From Amoebophrya sp. A120 (Eukaryota; Protista; Dinoflagellata), in contig CAJINV010000009.1 in the NCBI GenBank assembly GCA_905178155.1, positions 248,001 to 312,000 on the forward strand: a stretch of DNA of 64,000 bases, in the 5' to 3' direction. Within the stretch, counting starts at the first letter, position 1. Every line of letters begins with the position of its first letter. The notes beneath the pieces were generated by a model, which did no database searches, was not told where the DNA came from, and saw only the letters and a program-made list of their open reading frames with translations. Of this stretch, positions 34,248-44,270 are shown one piece after another. The position numbers were made by a program, and so were the translations under genes.

Positions 34248-37200
34248 ATGATGAAGTGGATATGGCAGCAAGAGGGTCGTGGTGGTCCTGGTCCTGCAGC
34301 AAGCGGCAGCAGCCAGGAGACGAAGGACGATGATCATGAAGAAAGACCTGCGTCAGGGTCAGCCGTTCCCAACGACCTCGACGTACGACGACCCCGGGGC
34401 TCGTCAATTCCATCGCGGCATTCTTGTGCGGCCGACATAAACGTAGAGCGAAGGTGGATACTAGGGAGACAACCATCTAGGCGGACAAGCGAGGCGGGTA
34501 ATACTACCAGTGCCAGCGCTACTAGCGCTATGAGACGGCATCAAGTGCGAAGAAATCCACGAGATAAAAGATGCAGGATATTGATGCTACCGCGCTGTCC
34601 CAGTAGCGGTCGAACACATCATCATAGAGACGCAACTGTTCATCGTTGCAAAAGACGTCAGACCACAACCACATCTTTACAAGTACCTAGCGGCCCTGCA
34701 TCTGTTGCAGAACGAGGACCGTTTGCTCGGAAAGTTGTACAGCGACGTGGAACTGCAGCGTTCGTCTATGGTTGCCGCGACGTCGCACCTGCGTCCTCGG
34801 CGGGTAAAAATATCAATCTGCCGATGTGGCGTTTTATTCTGGCGACACTACTCGGGACGACGACGACTACGTTGTTTGCAGAACCTTTTTGGTCGACGTT
34901 TCTTGTTCACCATAGACCCCTTGTCTCCGAAGATGAACCGGACCACAAGCGATGTGGCTGCTCGAATCACCACGAGCTCAGACGAACTTACAGCAAGCAA
35001 AATTCACTTCTTCAGACGCGTGCCCGCATCGGAAAAGAAACGCGCTTAAATTCACTTCCGTCAGGCAGGAGCACCAGCGCGGCATGGTCCTTTGTCCAAG
35101 TCGTGCAGGGGTACCAACTCCAGGTCACTCGGCGAGGAAAAAGAAGTAGCAGAGCTAAGATGATTGGACGACGGTCGAGCGCGAAGTACAGAAGAGATAG
35201 AGGCGGTGACGTGCCGAGGAGGTCGTCCGCGCTAGTGCGTGCGATATTGAAAGGTCGGGCAGGCACGAGGAACATATCGAAGCCGCGAGAGGGCAACTCT
35301 GTCGCTTCTGTTGTCGGAGTTGCAGAAGTAGATCAAGCGCCTCCATCTCCCAGCGCACAAACCAGAGATCATAGACCAGAAACCTCGAAGATAGGAGGTC
35401 AGGTGCCAGTACTAGCAGACAATGCTGTCTCATCGTCATCTTCGAACAATAACGAGCAGCGCGACAGCAAAGCTGATACAGTGGAATCCAGATCCGGCAC
35501 TAATTTCCAGGAGCTCAAATCCTCGGTCAGCAGTAGAGCAGAGAAAAGGACGACAAAAGAAGAAGAACAGCAACGACAACAGTCGCATACGCAACTCGAC
35601 TCTGCTTCCTCGGCCTCCTCACAGAGGAACAAGCATCAGCAAGAATCTTCTACTGCGCGTGGGCGCATGCACCAACACCGCTTGTTCAGCCTGGCTTCTA
35701 GAGAAGGGCAGACGGAGCAGCGCGCGCGGAGCGGAGAGGAGTGCGTGGAGACGAAGAGTTGCACCTCCTCGACGCGCCAGCGGTGCTACGTGAAGGAAGG
35801 CACTGTCGAAGAACCCACCTCCGCCTTTTGTCTCGACACGGGCTCTTGCGAGACGGAGCAAAACAGCGAGACGTGGAACTGCGGCGTTCTAATGACGGAA
35901 GAGGAAGCTGCGCTTTCTGTTTCTGCGGAGGCCACGAACCTGGGTCTCGTGATGGGCCTGGTTGTGCTCGGCATGGTTTTAGTCGGCACGATCTTGATCT
36001 CCATCCTCTTTTTCGCCGGTGTACTCACCTGCGGCGACGCGGACACCACGGCGTCGCCAAATTCGTCGGGAAAGCGCAACAAGAAAGGAAGCCGCGACTC
36101 GACGGACACCAGCGACAGCAATAATTCCAGCGACGAAGAGAAGAAGAAGAGCAAAAGACGGAAGGGGAGGAAGAGCTCCTCCGATGACAGTGATGACAGT
36201 GGTGCGAAAAAGAAGAAGCGCAGTTCTTCGGAAGATGCGAGCGACACCAGCGGGGACGTGCACCAGTCTTTTTCGAACAAGGCCGCCACCCAGTCGTTCT
36301 CCAACAAGGCCGCCACCCAGTCATTCTCGCAGAAGGCCGGCACGCAGTCTTTTTCCCAAAAAGCGAACCAGTCGTCCGGCAAGAAAAAGAACAACAGCGA
36401 CAGCGACGACGCTCCAACCTCCTCGACGCCGGGAAGCGACGATGATTCCGAGTCCGGTGATGGGAGCAATTTGAATTCCTACACGTCCAACATGCATTCC
36501 AGCGAGGCATTCTCGGGCGGGCACCAAGGCGGCCAGTCCCACGAGAGCTTCCATGGGAGCAAGGGAACCAAGGACAAGAAACAGCTGCTGAGCAAGAACA
36601 GCAGCGACGACACGCTGTTCCACGAGGGCTCCGGCAACATCGGCAGCTTCAGCAACGTGGGCATGGGCAGCTTCAGTGGCAGCGCCCGGAGCTCGACCAA
36701 AGACGAAAGTAAGAAGGACAAGAAGGACAAGGAGAAACAGCGCATCCTCGAGAAGCAGAAGGAGAAGGAGCGCCAGAAAGCGGAGAAGGAAAGAGAGAAG
36801 AAGGAAAAGAAAGAGATGAAGAAAGAAAAGAAGCAAGAGAATAAAGTACCGGACAAAGAAAAGGTGTACGACACGCACGACAATTTCAAACTGGACTCCG
36901 GGCTTGCGGGCGGTGCTCCGCCCGGGCGTGCTTCGCAAGCGCCTGGCGGGGCGCGGCCCTCTTTTTTCGACGCCGCGTTCGGACAGTTAGGCAAGCAGAC
37001 CCCGGCCGCGGACAAGGACAAGAAAAAGGACATAAACTCTTCGAAAGACACCGACCAGGGGGAGCAGAAGGGGATGGGCAGCTTTTCCGGGACCAGCACC
37101 AGCGAGAGCAGCTCTGGGGACGATTCGAAGAACGCCAGCAAGTCCAAAAAGTCAAGCCGGAAACCGCAGGCGGGGGGTAGCGCCATAGCGAAGGCGATGG

Positions 37201-37826
37201 CGGCCCGCGCTTCCAAGATTGTGTCCGATGCGCCCATGTCGGGCAAGGACGCGCCCACGTCGGGCAAAGAGAAAGACAAAAGCGGCGGGGGCGCGCGGAA
37301 GTCGATTTTAGCGGCGGCAATGATGGGCGGCAGCAGCGGCGCCAAGAGCGGTATTAGCTCGGTCTCGAAGAGCGGCCTTACCTCGACCTCCGGAGACAGC
37401 GAGATAGGCAGCAGCGCCGACAGGAAAAAGAAAAAGGCGACGGGCTCGGGTTCAAGAAAATCCGTTGCCCCCGGCGGAAGAAAGTCTGCCCGCCCGTCAA
37501 CAAGAAGCAAAACGCCGACGAGTAAGAAAATGAAGAGCAAGAGTCCAGCCTCCATGAAGTCCAAAATGGATAGCACAATCGTTTCTTCGCCTATGGACGC
37601 AGAAAATAGAAGCTCGGTACTGAACGCGCGAGCCACGGCGCGCGCTTCTGCCATACCACCGATTGATTTCGCAACCATCCAGCCCGACGCCGGGACCACC
37701 CTGGACGACGCCAGGGCTATTGCGCGCGCAAGCACCACCGCGCCGCGGCTCAGCACAAAGCCCCGCCCATCGTCGAAAAGCCCGCGGGCGAGCAAACGGG
37801 GAGGTTCCCGACGGTCGGTCAGGTAG
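34248..37826 (+). CDS. Type I membrane-like protein 2 (small Cys cluster, single TM, S/K/D-rich tail)
   Basis: 1203-aa ORF (first ATG 34248); TM LGLVMGLVVLGMVLVGTILISILFFAGVLTC; QSFSNKAAT-like x4 repeat near 36264-36370. Confidence 0.75.
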   Translation: MMKWIWQQEGRGGPGPAASGSSQETKDDDHEERPASGSAVPNDLDVRRPRGSSIPSRHSCAADINVERRWILGRQPSRRTSEAGNTTSASATSAMRRHQVRRNPRDKRCRILMLPRCPSSGRTHHHRDATVHRCKRRQTTTTSLQVPSGPASVAERGPFARKVVQRRGTAAFVYGCRDVAPASSAGKNINLPMWRFILATLLGTTTTTLFAEPFWSTFLVHHRPLVSEDEPDHKRCGCSNHHELRRTYSKQNSLLQTRARIGKETRLNSLPSGRSTSAAWSFVQVVQGYQLQVTRRGKRSSRAKMIGRRSSAKYRRDRGGDVPRRSSALVRAILKGRAGTRNISKPREGNSVASVVGVAEVDQAPPSPSAQTRDHRPETSKIGGQVPVLADNAVSSSSSNNNEQRDSKADTVESRSGTNFQELKSSVSSRAEKRTTKEEEQQRQQSHTQLDSASSASSQRNKHQQESSTARGRMHQHRLFSLASREGQTEQRARSGEECVETKSCTSSTRQRCYVKEGTVEEPTSAFCLDTGSCETEQNSETWNCGVLMTEEEAALSVSAEATNLGLVMGLVVLGMVLVGTILISILFFAGVLTCGDADTTASPNSSGKRNKKGSRDSTDTSDSNNSSDEEKKKSKRRKGRKSSSDDSDDSGAKKKKRSSSEDASDTSGDVHQSFSNKAATQSFSNKAATQSFSQKAGTQSFSQKANQSSGKKKNNSDSDDAPTSSTPGSDDDSESGDGSNLNSYTSNMHSSEAFSGGHQGGQSHESFHGSKGTKDKKQLLSKNSSDDTLFHEGSGNIGSFSNVGMGSFSGSARSSTKDESKKDKKDKEKQRILEKQKEKERQKAEKEREKKEKKEMKKEKKQENKVPDKEKVYDTHDNFKLDSGLAGGAPPGRASQAPGGARPSFFDAAFGQLGKQTPAADKDKKKDINSSKDTDQGEQKGMGSFSGTSTSESSSGDDSKNASKSKKSSRKPQAGGSAIAKAMAARASKIVSDAPMSGKDAPTSGKEKDKSGGGARKSILAAAMMGGSSGAKSGISSVSKSGLTSTSGDSEIGSSADRKKKKATGSGSRKSVAPGGRKSARPSTRSKTPTSKKMKSKSPASMKSKMDSTIVSSPMDAENRSSVLNARATARASAIPPIDFATIQPDAGTTLDDARAIARASTTAPRLSTKPRPSSKSPRASKRGGSRRSVR

Positions 37827-39192
37827 GTTAGGTTCGAAGTGGTGAGGCATTCAAAGATTAGGCACTACTTGTTTCAAGCTTGACTTGATAATCTCTTTAT
37901 GTAAAAATCAATTATGTTTGTTTTTTTCCGCATCTTCGCCCATTAGTTTATCTTTTCATTTTCTGTAATTAGAAGTGTGTAAACCGAAATTCCTCGTGTT
38001 GTACCATGTGATAAGCAATACATATTATCTCAACCGGCAGCTTTTTATCTGTTGCATGACAGCGCCCATTTCTAGACCTAGACTTTTAGAATACACCCAA
38101 TATGCTATTCCCAAGATGAAACTCAAAGTCTCTCTTATTCTTCCCGTTTGATTGATGTTGATCTGGTTCGGCTTCGGTTGTTCTTTGGTCTTACGTAGAC
38201 CTTGACCTTCTGATTTTTCAGGTGAGTGTCTGTTCGACGATTCGCATCGTGTAGAAGACTTTCAAATACTAGTATGGATCTAAAGACGAGATGAACAAAT
38301 TAGTATCGGTGCATGCAACCTCCTTATCGACGTTCATGGTATTGACTCGTCCAGTGTGAACTGCAGAAAGAATAGACGTACCCGTTGTGCATCATAAGCT
38401 TTTGTGCAGCCATGAAAAGCACATACTTGCATGACAAACATAAGTAATTATTCTCTCCACCATCGGTTTCTGCTCGTCGTTCTCCTTCTCGTTTGTGAAG
38501 TGGATAATTCTGTTCGGTTGTTGTGTCTTCACTTAGCTCATACCGTTCGGTTGTGTTGCCATGACGTGCAAAACAATTTGCGGCGTAGCACGAGCCCATC
38601 GTGGCATCGTCGTTGCTTCTCTGTCTTTCGCAACAGCAATTTGCTTCGTCGGTCGTACGTATACAACTTTCGTGCGACAAGCCAAGGCGCGCGCCACACT
38701 CGTCCAACTTCAGAGAAGCTAGTAGGCGCTTTCCGTTTCCTCGTGTTTTTTGGTCTTTCCGAAACAAGCTCAATCAGAATTACGTAAGTAGGGCAAACAT
38801 CAAGATGACGCCATGAATTCTTCCCAAACCACAGCAAAAACTAAACCCCATTGTACTGTGTACCGTTTCCCCCCACGAACAATATTCACCCAATTCCAAA
38901 GTCCGCGAGCATAATGTTGTGCGACATAAGTATTCATCCCATGTAAGTGCTCATATGATGCGGCGATTGACGTAACCTAAACATTTACATTAACCCAGAG
39001 CCAGAAAGCGAAAAGTCAGATCGAAGTCGTTTCAGCCGCGTCCAAAAAACAGTATGCCCGTAGTTATTTTCAAGGAACCCGATTGGGCTAGTGTTAGTGA
39101 AGCGAACCGCAATATAATGCGGAGGAGCCGGTGTAGTTGTACTCCAGAAAGAACTCTACGTACTACCAGTAATTAGTTTACACAAGATCAAA

Positions 39193-42100
39193 ATGTCAGC
39201 TGAAACAAATATCTTCACGACGGCTGCAGCTGGCGGGACTTCTAAAAGGTTATCGGTCATACGGTCGCTTTCCTTTTTCTTCGTTTCCAGCACCTGGACT
39301 TCTTTTTTGTCGGTTCCAAACCTGTGGGGCGGGCGGCAAGAACGAGCCTCGTCGTACGACGCAGCTTTCAACAAGAATGATGTAGCACGACGAGGTAGTA
39401 GTACAACAGGGGCTGACGGAGCAGGCCCAGTAGAAGACGACAAACCATGGACAACAAGACCACCGTCGACAGCACCACATATCGTAGATGTTCCGGGTGG
39501 TGGTCCAAGTCGTATGGACAAGATATTCGTCGCGGGGTACCAGGTCGGAAGAACGAGAACGTCGAGAGGAACAAAGAATAGCCGGCAGGCAGCATTAAGT
39601 CGTGCAGACTCTAAGCGGACAACTAGGCCGAGGCGGTCGCAAAAGTTTCCTCCGAACAAGAACGCGGCGTTTGGGCAAGAGGACGTTGAACATCGAAACG
39701 TAGACGAGAAGCCAAACGACTCGCTGACGCGGAGCCACTATGAAGAAGACGCTAGTAGTAACACATCTGGACCACAGCGGCAGGAGCACCCTGATCAACT
39801 ACGAGACGATGTTGACCGGCGGGTCGTCCAACGAAGTTCTCCTTCTTGGAACTCGGGACGCGAGACCACCAGCGTTCTTCAGCGCATCGTGGAGCGGAGC
39901 GAAATCAAAAGAGCTGCAGCGGAGACGACGGTGTTGAGCAGCCACGTTGAGGCCGCGACGACGTCCTCGCATCAAAGGCACATGAAAAACAAAGCGGAAA
40001 TGGGGCGAGAGGTGGTCGCAGCGAAGAAAATAGCGGCAGACCAAGCCGCCGCCTCCGCAGCAGCTGCTGTAGATAAAAAAGCCGTCGAAGGGAGTGACGG
40101 CAAAAATACGAATATCGTGCCGCCTGACGTAGAACTTCAATTTCAACAAAGTTCTTTTGCTCCAGATAGCAAGGCAGATGCAATGGAAAAGCTGAAACTA
40201 TTTGAAGAGTTTCAGGAGTATCAGGAGTGGCTGAAACAGAAACAGCAAAAGAAGATAAGTACCGTGAGCGACACGACAACTGCGGCCGGCGTGCACGACA
40301 AGGGTACGACGAGAATACAACACGTCACGGAATACAAAACTCCTGTTAAAATACAACGAATAAGCCCTGCTCCTGCTCCTGCACCAGAGGAAACGCCTGC
40401 TTCTTCTCCTGCAACCGTGGAAGTGCCTGCACCTGCTTCTGCACCAAAGACTACAACGCCTGCTGCTGCACCAGAGGTGGAGCAGGAAACGCCCGACCCA
40501 GCAGCTGCGCATCAACGTCCATCGCCGGCTGAGCAGACTGTTACCCCCGACGCACCGTCATCGTCAGAGCCAGCGCCTTCACCGGTACAGCATCCACCGG
40601 CCACGGAAACGAGTGAACCGGACGTCGAGATGCTGCAAGCACCGGATGGTCCTCAGGCGGCGCCGGTGCCGGCGACACCTACACCTACACCTTCGACAAA
40701 ATCGTTACCAGGAACTGAGCCAGAACCCCCACCACCAACCCACGGCGCGTTGAGTTTTTTCGACGATAGCGAGAAAACCGACGAGGCCATACCAGGTCAA
40801 TTTGGCAGTGGGAGTCTAGGTGGTGGGTCCGAACTCAGTGGTGTGAGTGAAGTAAGTGACGCGCACACGACACCAGCGCCGTCTTCCGGGTTGCCAAATA
40901 ATGTTACCGGCGGCGGGGCGTCAAGTAACCAAACTTTCGCCGTACCATCAGAAGTACTTTCAAGCGGGGAGGTAGGAAAAGACGAGGCGAAGTCGGGGGA
41001 GGCTGCTACCAAAGACGCCTGCATGACGCTGGCGTTGATTTTTGGCGGGGTAGGAAGCTTGTTGTGCCTCGTGCTGGTAATGGTGATGATCTGTCTTGTT
41101 CTTCACTACAAGGAGGGGTACGAAGAGAACGCCTCTATAAAGGCGACCCTCGCGCGATCGCAAATTTTACGCCTCAATGACGGCACCATCGCGGTCACGC
41201 CGACCGTCACAACCACTCCCGCCCCCGACACGACCACCGAGTCACCTCCTATGAACAGAGACGAGGTGCATCTCACGTCGTCCCAGGAATCGCCGCACCC
41301 AACATCCCACCTACACAGTAAGGGGAGTGCGGACCGAATCGCGAGTGGGGAGCAAAAAGACCTACAAGCTGACGACAAGTCGCAGCAGGGTCTTCCGTCT
41401 GGGCAGGTGCGACAGGCAGGGGATGGCGCCAATAATCTTAATCCGCTCAATCTGCAGCCGGGAACCGAAGAGCCAGCACCAGTACGCACGGGCGACGGAG
41501 TCCTTGCCGACGTTCTCGCAGGCGACCACCCTTTTCCTGCAGGAGACGATGAAGGCACTCCTGCGACGGGTGCGGCTACGGGGCCACATGAGTACGGAGA
41601 AGCCCCTGCAGCCGCAGCCGGGGGGAGGGCAAGTATGGTGGTTTACAGCGCCGCCCCTCCGGGGGTCCCCCAGGAAGACGAGCAATTTGGGGACGAGATC
41701 AACAGTTTCGCGCCCAGTCTTGAGTCCACCCAGCAGGACAACAAGAAGATTTTGTCCAGCTTCGGCAAGGAACCAGCCGGCAGCAAAGAAGCCAAGCAGC
41801 TCCAGTCCGGAGACCCGTCGAACCGGTCCAGGGGCGTCGCACAGATTCCGGACATCACCACTAGTGTCACTCCCGCTGGAGTTGTACCTACTTCGAGAGC
41901 AGGGCAACTAGGTGGTCCGGCGCAAGACGAGATATTATCTGCAGCGGGAGCGCCGTTGCTGGGCGCCCACGTGAGGGAATACAACAGAGGGGTCGCCGGG
42001 CCGAAGAGCGCCGGGTCCCACGATAGCGCAGGTATGAGCTACGACGAGCACCACGAGGAGGCAGCCGCGAGCAAGGCCGTCGCGGCACAGCAGCCGCAGA

Positions 42101-43405
42101 GCTTCCTGGCGTCGCACAGTTTGGCGCGTGGGGGACGCATTTCCAAGCAGATGTCCAAGTCGCTTTCGGGGATTGTTTCCTTCTCGGAGGAAAACCCCGA
42201 CGACGCTGGTATCGCTGACATGGCGGAAGCGGGTAGGCAAAAGATAAAGAAATCCAGGAACAAGGAGAGTGCAGCAGCCAAGGAACTGAGCAAGTCCTTG
42301 TCTTCGAAGAAGAGCATGAAGAGCAGCAAGTCGCTAAGCAACAAGTCTATGTCCAAGAAGAACGTGTCCGACGCTTCGGGGCATTCGGATCGGGACTACG
42401 ACTACAGCAAGAAGGTGAAAAAGAGCGCTTCTGGCCGAGACCTGCGAGAGAAGGACCGAAATCGATCGGCGAGCGCGAAGAAGAGCAAAAAGCAGGGAGG
42501 TGACGCCGCTGCTCCCTCCAAAGACCTTTCGTACGGCAGCGGGAGCACCGCCAGTTTCGTGGATCTCATCAAGTCCAGCCACGCGCCCGCCAGTCACGCG
42601 GCCGCGCCCGCCAGCGAGGCTCCGCGCCAACAAGGTTCGTTGTTTCTGCAGCGTGCGCTGGAACACCACGAGGCCGTAGGAAAGGTGATGGGCAACATGG
42701 GTTCACAAACCTCACAGAACCGGCTCTCCGCCGCAATATCGTCGGGCCGGCTCTCCCAGTCACTAGGCTCCCAGCAACCAGCAATTCCTGGTTCCCTGCA
42801 ACCAGCACAACCAGGCTCCCAACTAGCCGCACCACAAAGCTCCTTCGGCGCTCTTGCTGACACCATCCGCAGATATCCTACCACAAAATCGCGAGCCTAG
42901 TTGTTTGTCAGTCTCAGCATTTGTGGGATTGTTATCGTAGAAGTAATAGTAAAGACGATCATCATGATTAATGTTTATGATGATGATCGAGTGTGTCAAA
43001 TGATCATGAGAAACAACAAAACACTGCTGGCGCTGCTATTAGTGCTTCTCGCCAGCAGGAAGTTAAAGTTTCTCGATTTCGTTTCCTTGCAGATTCTTGA
43101 ATTCTTGTCCCGATGATGCAGTTCCTGACAGCTTGTGGCTTAAGATTTTGTCTTGGGATAAGGAAGCATCTAAACTTGCATCGAAGGTATCGTCCAAAGC
43201 GTCCTCAGGTGGAAGTCGCTCGGGACGGTCCGACGCTTCGGCGAAACGCTCAATGAAAAAAGAAAAGATGAGAAGCCGAAATAAAAGTGGCGATCTTCGT
43301 GGCGAGCCGAGGAGCGGTGCGCCGAGAAGCGGGACTGGAGGTGGCCGGAAGTCAGATCGACCTCCTTCCGTCATCGGAAGCGTCTGGCAACCTGGCGGGG
43401 AGTAG
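39193..43405 (+). CDS. Type I membrane-like protein 3 (P/A/T-rich stalk, single TM, S/K-rich tail); exons 39193-42873, 43166-43405
   Basis: 1235-aa ORF; N-terminal hydrophobic stretch; TM LALIFGGVGSLLCLVLVMVMICLVL; frame continues after the introner. Confidence 0.75.
42874..43160. mobile_element. Introner/non-canonical intron (287 bp) with diverged TSD
   Basis: TATCCTACCACAAAATC / GATTTTGTCTTGGGATA (14/17 inverted); flanks GCAGA/AGGAA; removing element+5 nt is in frame to ASKLASKV. Confidence 0.8.
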
Positions 43406-44270
43406 GACTGAAGCGGTGGAAATTAGATAGGATATTTTTTTGGTTCGTTTCTATTTTTTTCTTTTTGTTGAATACATCATGCGGGTTTGGGTACGAACGA
43501 GGAGCGAAAAGTCTATGACCTCGTCATACGTAGTGTAGATGAACTGAGTACCGCACCTGCATGATATGGATAGATCTTTTTGATAATTGAGCGACTCGAA
43601 TTCATTTTGAGTTGCTTGTAGCTAGTTGATTCCCCTTCCCATTAGAAACTTTACAAGTTTCAGTTTTGTAAAAAATTAACACAATAAAGTACGTACACTA
43701 GAAAAAAAATCCCAAGCCTCCATTCAAGACAATTTTTCCAATAACATAATCACGCTCGACGCAGTCGCAGCTTACTAACAATTTAAGTAATCTAGTTTCT
43801 ACTCGTTTTCCTTTTCTTTGCCTCTGAAAAAGTGTTATGTTTCAGCATCGGAAGACTCACGAAATCAAAAGTAGAAGAACCGTGTTCGTCGTTCTGTCCT
43901 AGAAGTCTTTGTGATGCTATATCTGTAATAGTAAAAGTAATCGTTTGTCGTCGAGATGCTGAAAGAGAGAAAAGCGAGAAAATGAAAAATGGAGAGGGAC
44001 CGCAAAAACTATAGTGAAGCAAAATTGCTTCTGCTTTTGCTATCAATCGTGTGACGAGATGGACGAAAAACAAAATAAGATGAATCCACGGGAGCGGAGG
44101 TGTCCTAGTCAATCTCAGTAACGTGTTTTTCTAGGTTTGCTTAGTACGTCCATTCTTCCACATGGACGTACGTCGCAGCTTTCTAATACGGGAGTTTTTC
44201 CGGTAGGGAAAAACTTGCAGCTCTCCGCCCAACGACATACCAGTACTAGCGTAAGAGCCAAGAAGAAAAG

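Noticed and set aside
31477-37795. Long minus-strand ORFs (31477-32526, 36479-37795; similarly 44706-45620 and 48296-49012)
   Set aside because: Antisense shadows of GC3-rich or low-complexity + strand genes, with no independent motifs.
37890-38095. Possible decayed family-A copy (ATGTAAAAAT...GCATGACAGCGCCCATTTCTAGACCTAGACTTTTAG)
   Set aside because: The resemblance is suggestive, but the ends and TSD cannot be defined.
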